A stretch of DNA of 55,571 nucleotides from a virus (IMGVR_UViG_3300049924_000170:1-55571), one strand, 5' to 3'. Positions 39,319 through 47,649 are shown, counted from the first letter of the stretch. The notes: generated by a model not told the origin, from the sequence alone. A program made the numbers and translations.

Positions 39319-39594
39319 TTAGTACTCAATAACATAGCTAATAGAAATACTTTCACTGCTAACCTCCGTTATAAGTTGATTACTTAATTTTAATGTCGCT
39401 TTTTTCTGATTTATGACCGATATAGTTGGTAATATGTACTGTACGACAACATTAGGTACTGTTTTGTACACTTTAGCGTACAATTCGTCATAATTTTTAA
39501 CTATTTCAGGATTGTGATAGGAATAAGCTGATATAGAGGCTGAACAGCCTGTATTGTTGGTACAAGCATACAATAATAGTAATTCTTGCATCAT
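39319..39594 (-). CDS. Hypothetical protein
   Basis: ATGA-coupled start MMQELL. Confidence 0.5.
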   Translation of the reverse strand: MMQELLLLYACTNNTGCSASISAYSYHNPEIVKNYDELYAKVYKTVPNVVVQYILPTISVINQKKATLKLSNQLITEVSSESISISYVIEY

Positions 39595-39803
39595 AAGACC
39601 TCTATTAAGCCGCATTTAAGGCATTTTCGGTCTTTAAACCATAGTCCTTCATACTCTTCCCAGTCATGGTAGCACTTAGGAGGAGGTTCATCAGGAGCTT
39701 TGGGCTCTGGAACTTGAACTAAAGACTGATATTTGATAGGAAGTCCCTTGGAGTCAGTCCCGTCGACCCATTTAATTGCAAAAGTACCTGGTATTTTCTT
39801 CAT
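39591..39803 (-). CDS. Small Cys/His (Zn-finger-like) protein
   Basis: CYHDW...CLKCG. Confidence 0.6.
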   Translation of the reverse strand: MKKIPGTFAIKWVDGTDSKGLPIKYQSLVQVPEPKAPDEPPPKCYHDWEEYEGLWFKDRKCLKCGLIEVL

Positions 39804-39815
39804 GTTACTTATAGT

Positions 39816-39831
39816 AGCAGTTTTTATGCCG
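39816..39831 (-). promoter_or_regulatory. Sigma54-type promoter (probably leaderless)
   Basis: CGGCATAAAAACTGCT, canonical GG-N10-GC spacing, ~12 nt before ATG 39803. Confidence 0.55.
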
Positions 39832-39871
39832 GTTTAAAAGCGATATTACGTATTAGAATATGGAATATTGT

Positions 39872-40288
39872 CTAAGCTTTAAGCAGATGCCAAGCATTTT
39901 TGTACAAAAGATGTTTACTGTCTCTTATAGATATAGTTCCTTTTTCTTTTACTTTAGAAAGAGGTATAATATATACATTTAAAGTAGTAAGACATACAAA
40001 TGCAAAAAAATCTATGTGTTTATATCTACTTCTATTGCTTTTTGTATAATGAGAGCCATGGGAGACTGAATATACTGATGTAGATGAGCTTTTAACTTGT
40101 ATTCTAGACAATTTTCCTTTTATATCTACTACAAAATCATATAAAGCGTTGTCTCCATTAGGAAATAGAACTGTAAATCCTTGTTTACAGGCTTCCGATG
40201 CAAATACTAGTTCTGCATACTCTCCTTTTGTTTTACTACTAAGTTTTAACACACCACACCTCGTATGCTTTACGTAATAATATGCCAA
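39872..40288 (-). CDS. PD-(D/E)XK homing-endonuclease-like protein (PDDEXK_5 type)
   Basis: KGEYAEL..GF.V..P.GDNA.YDFVVD...RIQVKS...IDFF; true start uncertain. Confidence 0.75.
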   Translation of the reverse strand: MAYYYVKHTRCGVLKLSSKTKGEYAELVFASEACKQGFTVLFPNGDNALYDFVVDIKGKLSRIQVKSSSTSVYSVSHGSHYTKSNRSRYKHIDFFAFVCLTTLNVYIIPLSKVKEKGTISIRDSKHLLYKNAWHLLKA

Positions 40289-40979
40289 TTGGCGGTACTT
40301 GTAAAGCGTGAACAGTAAAGGCAGCTTCTAAAGCTGGTCCATCTGCTTTTTTCTTATAAATATAAGAGGCCAACTTGGAAATGAACGTAGGTTGACTTTT
40401 TTCTATCGCAAGTAACTCTGTAAACAGTTTAATGCCGCCATCCCAGCGTTTATATCCGTATAAAGCACCATATAACAAGTCTAGGTCAAGAATGGGTAGT
40501 AGAAACTTGAGGTACCTTAATTGGGGAAGCTCAGAAATGAAGTAACGAAGCTGTACTGGGGAGATTAGGTCAGGAAATTTTTTTGAATATGGAGGGTCAG
40601 ACTCTTCAGTGTTCCAGTGTAGGAAGTTTCTTCTCTTTAATTCTTCATATATGTCGCCTAGTTGTGGTGTGTAACCAAAATAGACCATGCCGGTCATTAG
40701 TGACTTCAATTGGTCACGGCTCATGTACTTTAGTTTAGAGTACCAGAGAGTAGTATCGGCATGTCGAACATATTGTCCAGGCTGTAATCCTAAGTCTTTA
40801 TTTTTATGCCCAACTTTATTAAAGTCTCTAAAAAAATGAAAAGATGGAGTTTTTAAAGCATCCGTATCTAATCCTAATTCTTGTAATGCCATGTAGTACA
40901 TTGGAAAATTATGAATACAATCACCGCCGTCAGCAGTTGTATTTACTATTAGTCCGAACTTGTCTCTATATTCTAGCAT
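40239..40979 (-). CDS. Hypothetical alpha-helical protein
   Basis: 246 aa, GGAG RBS; DGGD and SRDQ motifs, function unknown. Confidence 0.65.
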   Translation of the reverse strand: MLEYRDKFGLIVNTTADGGDCIHNFPMYYMALQELGLDTDALKTPSFHFFRDFNKVGHKNKDLGLQPGQYVRHADTTLWYSKLKYMSRDQLKSLMTGMVYFGYTPQLGDIYEELKRRNFLHWNTEESDPPYSKKFPDLISPVQLRYFISELPQLRYLKFLLPILDLDLLYGALYGYKRWDGGIKLFTELLAIEKSQPTFISKLASYIYKKKADGPALEAAFTVHALQVPPIGILLRKAYEVWCVKT

Positions 40980-41264
40980 TTAAAATTTCTCCACTCTAAC
41001 CGTCACTTTTTTCTGTCCCCGGCGCACTTTTAAGTAAGCAGTTTCTCCCAGGTCAACAGTTATATCCCTAATATATGTCAATCCATCGACAATTACAAGA
41101 CGTTTGTGAGTATAGTCGTAGCACCATAGAACTTCGTTCTTGACAATCATTTTTAGGCCGGTCCAATACGTTTTACATATATCCTTGATAACTAAATATC
41201 TAAATAATATGGCAATTTTTACCCTAATCCAAAGACTTGTTTTTGATACGTAATAAATTTCCAT
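40980..41264 (-). CDS. Hypothetical protein
   Basis: AAGGA RBS. Confidence 0.55.
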   Translation of the reverse strand: MEIYYVSKTSLWIRVKIAILFRYLVIKDICKTYWTGLKMIVKNEVLWCYDYTHKRLVIVDGLTYIRDITVDLGETAYLKVRRGQKKVTVRVEKF

Positions 41265-41289
41265 GTAGGTCCTTTGTAAAAGAAAAAAA

Positions 41290-41427
41290 GAGAGTGCCCT
41301 GCGCGACTAGGGCTTTTAAGTGGCGTAGGATTTTAACCCACTCGCTCATTCCTTAACGGTTTACCTGCGTGTCTCCAGTGGTTTCGTAGCCTGTTAGGCA
41401 ACTCCACAGCTTTCCACGCCGACTCTC
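41290..41427 (-). ncRNA. Structured ~138 nt ncRNA with tRNA T-arm-like hairpin
   Basis: GC-rich intergenic island; GAGAGU/ACUCUC closing stem, GCGUG/CACGC, GUGG/CCAC, GCCU/AGGC, GUGGG-UUAAAAU-CCUAC, GCCCU/AGGGC; own promoter and 3' U-tract. Confidence 0.7.
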
Positions 41428-41434
41428 AAATAAA

Positions 41435-41463
41435 AATATACTATATAAATTGCTTACTGTCTA
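41435..41463 (-). promoter_or_regulatory. Sigma70-type promoter for the ncRNA
   Basis: TAGACA-N17-TATATT, 7 nt before the first G of the RNA stem. Confidence 0.55.
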
Positions 41464-42183
41464 CATATTGAAAAGTAGATTGGCAGGCACATCTGTGTAA
41501 GCAGGAATACCTGAAGATGTAGGGCCAGAAATTTGTAGCTTCAAGGCAATTTGCGTCAAAGGACCTTGAAAGTACAGCACGTTTATTTTATTTAATCCCT
41601 TGTACAATAAAGTTGGAGAACTTGAATCCCAGGTTGGGGCATGTAATGTGTCACTGTTAATTAAAGCCACACTATTAATTGCAAGTCTAACGTTGTCATC
41701 AGAGAGTACTCTGAAATTATACATATTTGACACGGGAATGTTGATGTAGCCTGCACAATCTAGCGCGTAGTCCTCTGTACCTATAAGTAACTGTTCTGCA
41801 GCTGTAAATTTTGGAAAGCCGAGGGCAGCTTGTGAGTCTCCAACATCAAACAGGTTAATTACTTTCGTGAATTTTGGAACTGCGTTTGCCAGGATAGAAA
41901 TTAATCCATTATTGCGATTTACAGACGCTACATCATATACTGAACAGACTAAGCCAGACTTTAAAGTCAAGTCGCGACCGTCAAGTCCGTTGGCACCATT
42001 AAATACGTCTGATGACGTTCCATCTGTACAGTTTATACGCGCTCCATAATTAGTAGTAACTGTTGTGCAGCTAGTACCAGGAGTACCAGCAGGTCCTTGG
42101 GGCCCGGATTTCTGAGTGGTAAAAGTGGTGCGAGCGCAGCCAGTAGCTATTAGTAGTGCTAAAACTGTTAATTGAACTTTCAT
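41461..42183 (-). CDS. Lipoprotein with collagen-like linker and PA14 domain
   Basis: Lipobox IATGC, GPQGPAGTPG, GYINIP...YNFRVLSDDNVRLAIN...H...L.KG.N.I...YFQG. Confidence 0.8.
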   Translation of the reverse strand: MKVQLTVLALLIATGCARTTFTTQKSGPQGPAGTPGTSCTTVTTNYGARINCTDGTSSDVFNGANGLDGRDLTLKSGLVCSVYDVASVNRNNGLISILANAVPKFTKVINLFDVGDSQAALGFPKFTAAEQLLIGTEDYALDCAGYINIPVSNMYNFRVLSDDNVRLAINSVALINSDTLHAPTWDSSSPTLLYKGLNKINVLYFQGPLTQIALKLQISGPTSSGIPAYTDVPANLLFNM

Positions 42184-42221
42184 GAAAACTCCTTTGTTAA
42201 TTTAGTTTATATGTAGGTTAT

Positions 42222-42237
42222 AGCATATTGAGTGCCA
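42222..42237 (-). promoter_or_regulatory. Sigma54-type promoter of PA14 lipoprotein
   Basis: TGGCACTCAATATGCT, 38 nt before ATG with AAGGAG RBS. Confidence 0.7.
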
Positions 42238-42337
42238 AGTCTAAGTTAACTACATGGCTTATGTACACTTTTATATGTATATAAAGCTTACACATGTACA
42301 TGTTTATGTGTACGGTGTGACTTTTAAGCAACACTGG

Positions 42338-42490
42338 TTATACGAATGATAGAACTTGCCAGTCAGCTGTGTATACATAATGATATGCTTCTCCAACGTC
42401 TATTAAGAACATGCCATTTACTATGCAGGGTTGTCCGACTAAATCCTTACGGGCATTGTATACGCTGTAACAAAATGTAACTTTTTCCAT
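42338..42490 (-). CDS. Small hypothetical protein (50 aa, not in ORF track)
   Basis: GGGGGA RBS, MEKVTFCYSV...LSFV*. Confidence 0.45.
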   Translation of the reverse strand: MEKVTFCYSVYNARKDLVGQPCIVNGMFLIDVGEAYHYVYTADWQVLSFV

Positions 42491-42666
42491 GTTTCCCCCA
42501 ATATGTAAATTATGTGTAAGTTGGTTAAAAAAGGCAGCCTAAAATGTATGCAGGATGATAATAAAACAGGTCTATGTTTGGGTCTAACAGTCCTGCTACA
42601 AAAAATATAGGCAGGGTAAAAATGAAGGTGATGACAAGTGCTATAAGTACGTCTGTAATAATATAT

Positions 42667-42939
42667 TTATTCATATGACATTACTTCCGTTCTAAGTTCA
42701 TGAAGTAAAGAGCTGGCTTGTCTATGATACTCCATAAAGCTGTATAGGGCAGATAGTTCTGCAACTATGTAAGAACGTCCTGTATGCCCCTCCTCTAACT
42801 TCTGCTCCAAATATTTCATTCTATATTCTAAGGTTTTGTAAGAGCTTGAGGTGGGTGTTCTCAGCTTTACAGATTGTTTAAGTATTTGGTTTACTTTAAG
42901 TTTTACAGAAAGTTTAAGCATTTCTGGTATTTTGTTCAT
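42667..42939 (-). CDS. Hypothetical protein
   Basis: AAGGAG RBS. Confidence 0.65.
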   Translation of the reverse strand: MNKIPEMLKLSVKLKVNQILKQSVKLRTPTSSSYKTLEYRMKYLEQKLEEGHTGRSYIVAELSALYSFMEYHRQASSLLHELRTEVMSYE

Positions 42940-43080
42940 GTTTACTCCTTATTCTGAAACGTAATGTGAACTGCTAGTACAACCGCGCACGCCAGGTTTA
43001 CAAGTGCTAGACCTGGTGATACTTTTACAAATAGTAGGGCAAAGACTAGATTTACTGCCAATAATATATAGTTAAGCACG

Positions 43081-43497
43081 TTAATCCTCCATTGGAATGC
43101 TAATTGTCACAGTGTTTGCTTGCTCATAATACTCTACAGTATATCCTAGTTCACGTAACTTTTTTATAATTAATTTGTGAGGAACTGGGTATTCAATGGC
43201 TCCTCCGTCCTGAATAACATGCTTAATAATTTCTTGCACTTCTACAGCTTGTAGAGCTTCAATTTCTTTTATGGCTTGGGCCGCTGTTAACAGTTTACTG
43301 ACTGGCTTAGTTGTCTGAACTGTTGCTGGAGTAGCTTGCCAAGACTGTTCAATGGCCTGTATTTTTTCAGGAGTTACCCTTTCGTCATTTATAAACGCCG
43401 CTATGTCATCATTGTTGTATACGTACTGAGCAGCTTTTGCATAGTCGTCAAAGCTTGCTAAGGTGGTTCCGTTGTCATCATAAACTGTAAAGGACAT
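43081..43497 (-). CDS. Hypothetical protein
   Basis: GGAG RBS. Confidence 0.65.
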   Translation of the reverse strand: MSFTVYDDNGTTLASFDDYAKAAQYVYNNDDIAAFINDERVTPEKIQAIEQSWQATPATVQTTKPVSKLLTAAQAIKEIEALQAVEVQEIIKHVIQDGGAIEYPVPHKLIIKKLRELGYTVEYYEQANTVTISIPMED

Positions 43498-43537
43498 GTG
43501 ATACTCCGTTAATAAGTAGAGCTTTTACTCTAGTTGG

Positions 43538-43831
43538 TTAATCTAATACGTCTAACACATCTTCATTTTGTAAACAGTCGTAAAACAGTTTACTATAGTA
43601 ATGCTCTGCATCTAAAATAATAGAGCTAGAGTCTGCGTCTAAATTTATTTCTGGCAACTCTTTTATGCTATCGTACTTTCTAATGTTACGCAAACTGTTT
43701 GTAAATTCTTGTAAGGCAGCTTGAATGTTTGTCAGTTTTAAAGTTAACATGTAGTTTTGCTTTTCATATGGGTCTTGCAAGTCGTATGCTAATATGCCTA
43801 CTTTACTGGTGCCTTTTACTTTAATGTCCAT
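43538..43831 (-). CDS. Hypothetical protein
   Basis: AAGGAG RBS. Confidence 0.65.
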   Translation of the reverse strand: MDIKVKGTSKVGILAYDLQDPYEKQNYMLTLKLTNIQAALQEFTNSLRNIRKYDSIKELPEINLDADSSSIILDAEHYYSKLFYDCLQNEDVLDVLD

Positions 43832-44075
43832 TTGGGCTCCTTAATTGTGCAATCTGCGCATTCTTCTCAGCAATAACTGTAGCTAGTAGTGCAGGTATTC
43901 CTTTTACTTTACGCTTTTTGAATATAGAAGTTAAATGAAACTTTATAGTTCTATAAGAAACATTTAGCTCTTTAGCTATGTCTTTACTAGTAAGTCCTGA
44001 ACAGATGTGGTTATATACCTGAGCTTCTTTTTCAGTAAAGTCTATAAACTGAATCTGCTTACCAATGGGTAACAT
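43821..44075 (-). CDS. Stand-alone LuxR/GerE-type HTH regulator
   Basis: FTEKEAQV...GLTSKDIAKELNVSYRTIKFHLTSIFKK. Confidence 0.9.
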   Translation of the reverse strand: MLPIGKQIQFIDFTEKEAQVYNHICSGLTSKDIAKELNVSYRTIKFHLTSIFKKRKVKGIPALLATVIAEKNAQIAQLRSPNGH

Positions 44076-44076
44076 G

Positions 44077-44307
44077 TTACTGCCCAGCCTTTTCAGCGGC
44101 TTCGCAAGACTTCATAAGCTGTTGCGCATCATATATAGCTTGTTCTGCAAGTCGTGGGACTGGTGGGCCCTCTTTATTTTCATCTCTAACTTTTAAGTAG
44201 TGTAAAAATATCTGAGTAGACATGTACTCTAACTTTGATAATCCATTTTCGTAACCCATGCCTGTTCGTCCTGGAAAAGCTGGTTTAGTTTTACTGTTAC
44301 TGCTCAT
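44077..44307 (-). CDS. Hypothetical protein (PAFP...GLSKLEY type phage protein)
   Basis: AAGGAG RBS before MSSNSK. Confidence 0.6.
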   Translation of the reverse strand: MSSNSKTKPAFPGRTGMGYENGLSKLEYMSTQIFLHYLKVRDENKEGPPVPRLAEQAIYDAQQLMKSCEAAEKAGQ

Positions 44308-44506
44308 ATCTATACTCCTTTTTTTCAATTAATTTATAGTAGCTTAATGCTTCGTCTCCTGCTAGGAGCCTAGCCTCTCTAGCGTTGTTTGGGGCAGCTA
44401 TTACTATGTATAATTCTCCTGTGGGAGTTCTAAATGCGTGTATACTGGAGTAGTTCTTTAGATTTCCTAGATATGTATCTACTTCAAAGCATTTTAAATT
44501 ATTCAT
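44297..44506 (-). CDS. Hypothetical protein
   Basis: Coupled ORF with RBS. Confidence 0.55.
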   Translation of the reverse strand: MNNLKCFEVDTYLGNLKNYSSIHAFRTPTGELYIVIAAPNNAREARLLAGDEALSYYKLIEKKEYRYEQ

Positions 44507-44690
44507 TGTCCTTCTCCTGTATTAATATTAATTGTCTTTTCCATTTTGTAAAGCTTTTCTTATCTTTAAATAGAGCGGTTTCTTCTATTTTTGTAGTAGA
44601 CCCTCGGCCTTTGTAAGACAGTTTAGTCTTTTTGTATATCAGGTCTATTTGGGCACGGCATACTAACATTGCATCATTTATACTTCTCAT
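44499..44690 (-). CDS. Hypothetical protein
   Basis: AGGAG RBS. Confidence 0.55.
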   Translation of the reverse strand: MRSINDAMLVCRAQIDLIYKKTKLSYKGRGSTTKIEETALFKDKKSFTKWKRQLILIQEKDNE

Positions 44691-45180
44691 TTAAACTCCT
44701 AACTTTCATACATTGTATAGCGTTTCTATAATGAGTTTTTGTAGACTCGTAGCTTCTATTGCGTAGTTTGGCTATTTCAGGAACTGTTAGTCCTGACAAT
44801 ACTAAGCTGATTACTTCGTACTGCATAGGCTTACGTAATTTTATATCTTCTAACCAGTCTTGTAAGAATTTAGTCTTATCTTTACTGGCATCAGTTTCGT
44901 TTATATGTGCTAGATAATCTTGATAATTTGTATCGTCTTCAAATTCATCTACAAGTACTTCTCTTTTTTGTTTATTGAACTGTCTTTTATAAAAATTGTG
45001 CATACTAGTATTGAAGTAGCTGTTAGGATTTTCAGTAAGTACTCCGCTTTCAAGACTGAGTAGTAGTAAGTGCTGTAAGGAGTCTTCTCCGCGTGCAGTA
45101 TCTCTCATAATACCTTTGGCAGCTTTGCTATACTTTGCGTAGTTGTCAACTATATGTTGAGATAAATTTATAGTACGCAT
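44674..45180 (-). CDS. ECF-type sigma70 factor
   Basis: Region-2-like GEDSLQHLLL...SYF..SMHN; region-4 HTH GLTVPEIAKLRNRSYESTKTHYRNA. Confidence 0.75.
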   Translation of the reverse strand: MRTINLSQHIVDNYAKYSKAAKGIMRDTARGEDSLQHLLLLSLESGVLTENPNSYFNTSMHNFYKRQFNKQKREVLVDEFEDDTNYQDYLAHINETDASKDKTKFLQDWLEDIKLRKPMQYEVISLVLSGLTVPEIAKLRNRSYESTKTHYRNAIQCMKVRSLNEKYK

Positions 45181-45497
45181 TAGTGTAAGTATCCTGGTTG
45201 TGCACCGTCTAGCAAAGCTAAAAAGTTTGGGTCTGCATGTTTAGCAAGTAATTTGTCAGCGTTGTCAGCTAAAAATCCATCAATAGCTTCATCAACATCA
45301 CGCATGATAGTTTCTTGTTCATCATGACTTAATGTAGATATGTCTAAGTTAGTGTCTGTTCCTGTATCATCGATATAAAACAGTTGTATGTCACTAACGT
45401 CGAAGTCATAGTCAGGTCCAGCAAGCTCCACCACTTCTACTGTAAAGTCTGCAAATACGTTGTCAGTAACTTGGACTGAATAACTAATTGTTCTCAT
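45180..45497 (-). CDS. Acidic hypothetical protein
   Basis: AAGGAG RBS; very Asp/Glu rich. Confidence 0.65.
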   Translation of the reverse strand: MRTISYSVQVTDNVFADFTVEVVELAGPDYDFDVSDIQLFYIDDTGTDTNLDISTLSHDEQETIMRDVDEAIDGFLADNADKLLAKHADPNFLALLDGAQPGYLH

Positions 45498-45524
45498 GTA
45501 AGTCTCCTTGTTAATAATGTTAAT

Positions 45525-45540
45525 TGCAAGTACGCTGCCA
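45525..45540 (-). promoter_or_regulatory. Sigma54-type promoter of the ECF-sigma/LuxR operon
   Basis: TGGCAGCGTACTTGCA, 27 nt before ATG 45497. Confidence 0.75.
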
Positions 45541-45870
45541 GTCTTATAAGCTGTATAGTACTTTTAAGCTTTATAAACTGTACAGACTATTGACAAATGT
45601 AAGCGCTAAATGTCACTGTCGGTCTAATCTGATAAATCCTTGTATATGTCACGGTACCATTCTTCTCCGTATTGGTCGGACCAGACGGTATACTGGACGC
45701 CCCTGTCATCTTTATAGACAGTTTCAGTAACCCACTTGCCTTGGTCGGTAAGCTCTTTTACACTTACTACTTCATCTCGCATTTATCGGCCCCCCCTTTC
45801 AGGGAAAAAATAGTTTACCAGAATCATTGCTACTATGAAAGTTATTACTATAAGCATATAAAATATATAT

Positions 45871-45886
45871 TGCAAGTGACGGGCCA
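45871..45886 (-). promoter_or_regulatory. Sigma54-type site
   Basis: TGGCCCGTCACTTGCA. Confidence 0.65.
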
Positions 45887-45977
45887 GCGTTATAAGTAAC
45901 CTGCAGCGACTGGCAGTGTGCTACCTGTCTACCTACTTTACACTGTATGCCGTAAATTGTCACTGCGCAGTTTCCCC

Positions 45978-46015
45978 GTCTCTAAATGAGACTGTTAAGC
46001 GTCTCAGTCTAATAC
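45978..46015. promoter_or_regulatory. Two enhancer(UAS)-like 15-bp imperfect palindromes
   Basis: GTCTCTAAATGAGAC (45978) and GTCTCAGTCTAATAC (46001). Confidence 0.5.
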
Positions 46016-46029
46016 AGCTCCAGGTTACT

Positions 46030-46276
46030 TGGCACGCTTTGTGCATGTAATAAGTAGTGGCACGTAGTTTGATTAGTAATAGCGGCGTCGCGCCAGCGTG
46101 CAAGAAATGTGCCAGACAAAGTAGCGCTGCGTCCACGCTGCAAGAATTGTACCAAGTGACTTGCCGGTCTTGACAGTCTGCAAGTTACCTGCCAGTCCAA
46201 GCGGTCCCTGCAAGTTTAATGCCAAGGACAAGGCGGACTGCAAGTCTTATGCCGCTTATTGGGCATGAATATTGCA
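46030..46276. repeat. Array of eight sigma54 -24/-12 boxes
   Basis: +46030 TGGCACGCTTTGTGCA, +46058 TGGCACGTAGTTTGAT, -46099 TGGCACATTTCTTGCA, -46139 TGGTACAATTCTTGCA, -46179 TGGCAGGTAACTTGCA, -46209 TGGCATTAAACTTGCA, -46239 CGGCATAAGACTTGCA, +46261 GGGCATGAATATTGCA. Confidence 0.8.
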
Positions 46277-46295
46277 GCGCTGCGCGCAAGCGTGT

Positions 46296-46997
46296 CTAGT
46301 ATTTAGCTTCCTTGTGCTTTAGATTGACAGACAGTCCCAGCGGCCCTAACACGCTGTTATAATACTCATGGGTACCCTTTACGTCAAGGCCCATGAACTC
46401 GAAGACTTGCAAGTCCTGCGGCGTTAGTTCTCCATTTTGGTCAGTTATGTGCCACAGCCAGCAGTGGTTTAGCACCTTGCGTAGCTTATTGTAGGCCCAG
46501 TAGTGGCTTTTTGGCATGGATAAAGGATTGAAGTATGTGGGAAATGAGACGTTGGGATATGAGGACTGGAAAGACTGTTTGTCTCCTGAGACTGCCAGGG
46601 CTGCTATTGCTCTGTAATCTACTTGTTCCACATAACAGTGTAGTAGAAACAGTACAGATGCGTGATACGCACCATAACGAGACCTGCTGTTCCGTGTGTA
46701 CATGTAGTAATTTATATAGGTTTGTACGTACGACAGGGCCTGCGAGGGGTCGTGGAAGGACTCGAAGGACTTTTGAGGCTTGGAACCACGTAAAAACGGC
46801 GAGGACAGGCCGGCTAGACAGTCTGAAAAGGCTTCTATGTCTATGTGGCCCGAATTTTGCAGTTTTAAGTTCCATTCACTGAATAGTTGATTGACTTGTT
46901 CCAAGGTGTAGCCAGCTGGTACATGATAGCCTAAGCCTTCATAATGAGTTCTTGCCCCTGAAACGGTCGATGTAGGTTGTTTTCGCCGTCTTGTCAT
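46296..46997 (-). CDS. Hypothetical protein (relatively GC-rich)
   Basis: 233 aa ORF co-oriented with neighbours; no clear RBS. Confidence 0.6.
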   Translation of the reverse strand: MTRRRKQPTSTVSGARTHYEGLGYHVPAGYTLEQVNQLFSEWNLKLQNSGHIDIEAFSDCLAGLSSPFLRGSKPQKSFESFHDPSQALSYVQTYINYYMYTRNSRSRYGAYHASVLFLLHCYVEQVDYRAIAALAVSGDKQSFQSSYPNVSFPTYFNPLSMPKSHYWAYNKLRKVLNHCWLWHITDQNGELTPQDLQVFEFMGLDVKGTHEYYNSVLGPLGLSVNLKHKEAKY

Positions 46998-47091
46998 ATA
47001 AGTATACTGGCAGACAATAAGTCAACTGTCAAGCTTAGTTGCTTAAAATTATGCAATTTAATAAGTTTAGAACTGTAAGTATGTGAATAGA

Positions 47092-47277
47092 CTAAGACGC
47101 TACTTGGAAAAGCTCTGCTCTGTCTATCAATAGTCTAGCTAAATCTTGGTTGATTTCGACTACTTTCTGGTCTATTCGTGTATACAGTTTATTGTGAATC
47201 ATGATTATCCTGCAATTATATCGATTATATATATATCCTTGACCTATTGGTTTGAATTTGTGTCTGTAATTGAACAT
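47092..47277 (-). CDS. Hypothetical protein
   Basis: AAGGAG RBS. Confidence 0.6.
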   Translation of the reverse strand: MFNYRHKFKPIGQGYIYNRYNCRIIMIHNKLYTRIDQKVVEINQDLARLLIDRAELFQVAS

Positions 47278-47286
47278 GTAGACTCC

Positions 47287-47481
47287 TTAATATAAGAAAT
47301 TTTGTAAAGCTTGATGTACGAAAGTTGAATTTCTATTTAATTCTTCCAGCTCTGAGTCTGTTAGTTCCGTACCATCAATATAAGCGGCGGAACTTATGAA
47401 TGCATCAACATAATCGGGCGCATCCCAACTGAATATATTTTCAAACTGAATGGAGGACTGGTCTATTACTTTTTTAATCAT
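47287..47481 (-). CDS. Hypothetical protein (D.PDY.DAFISSA type phage protein)
   Basis: Motif recurrent among phage early proteins; RBS GAG. Confidence 0.6.
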   Translation of the reverse strand: MIKKVIDQSSIQFENIFSWDAPDYVDAFISSAAYIDGTELTDSELEELNRNSTFVHQALQNFLY

Positions 47482-47649
47482 GTTATGATGCTCTCTTTAT
47501 TTCTGTATATAACAGCTCAATCAACATGTCTTTAAGATATGAGCGTTGGATGATTAACTGTAATCGTTCCTTGTCGTCTAAACAGTATGTTAATAATTGC
47601 TCATTTAATTTTAATTCTTTATTTATTGTTTGAATGTTCATTTTAAGTC

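Noticed and set aside
41290-41427. Canonical tRNA or tmRNA
   Set aside because: No cloverleaf with anticodon arm, no CCA end, no tag ORF; too short for tmRNA
45524-45899. ORFs 45524-45730 and 45672-45899 (+)
   Set aside because: Non-ATG starts, no RBS, opposite to local gene direction, and overlapping regulatory motifs
46030-46276. Mini-CRISPR array or ORF 46009-46200
   Set aside because: Repeats are bipartite 16-mers with variable cores, mixed orientation and only 6-25 nt gaps; no cas genes; the ORF lacks an RBS and has no ATG start
46486-46882. Alternative ORFs 46486-46875 (-) and 46535-46882 (+)
   Set aside because: Nested in the longer 46296-46997 ORF; explained by locally higher GC
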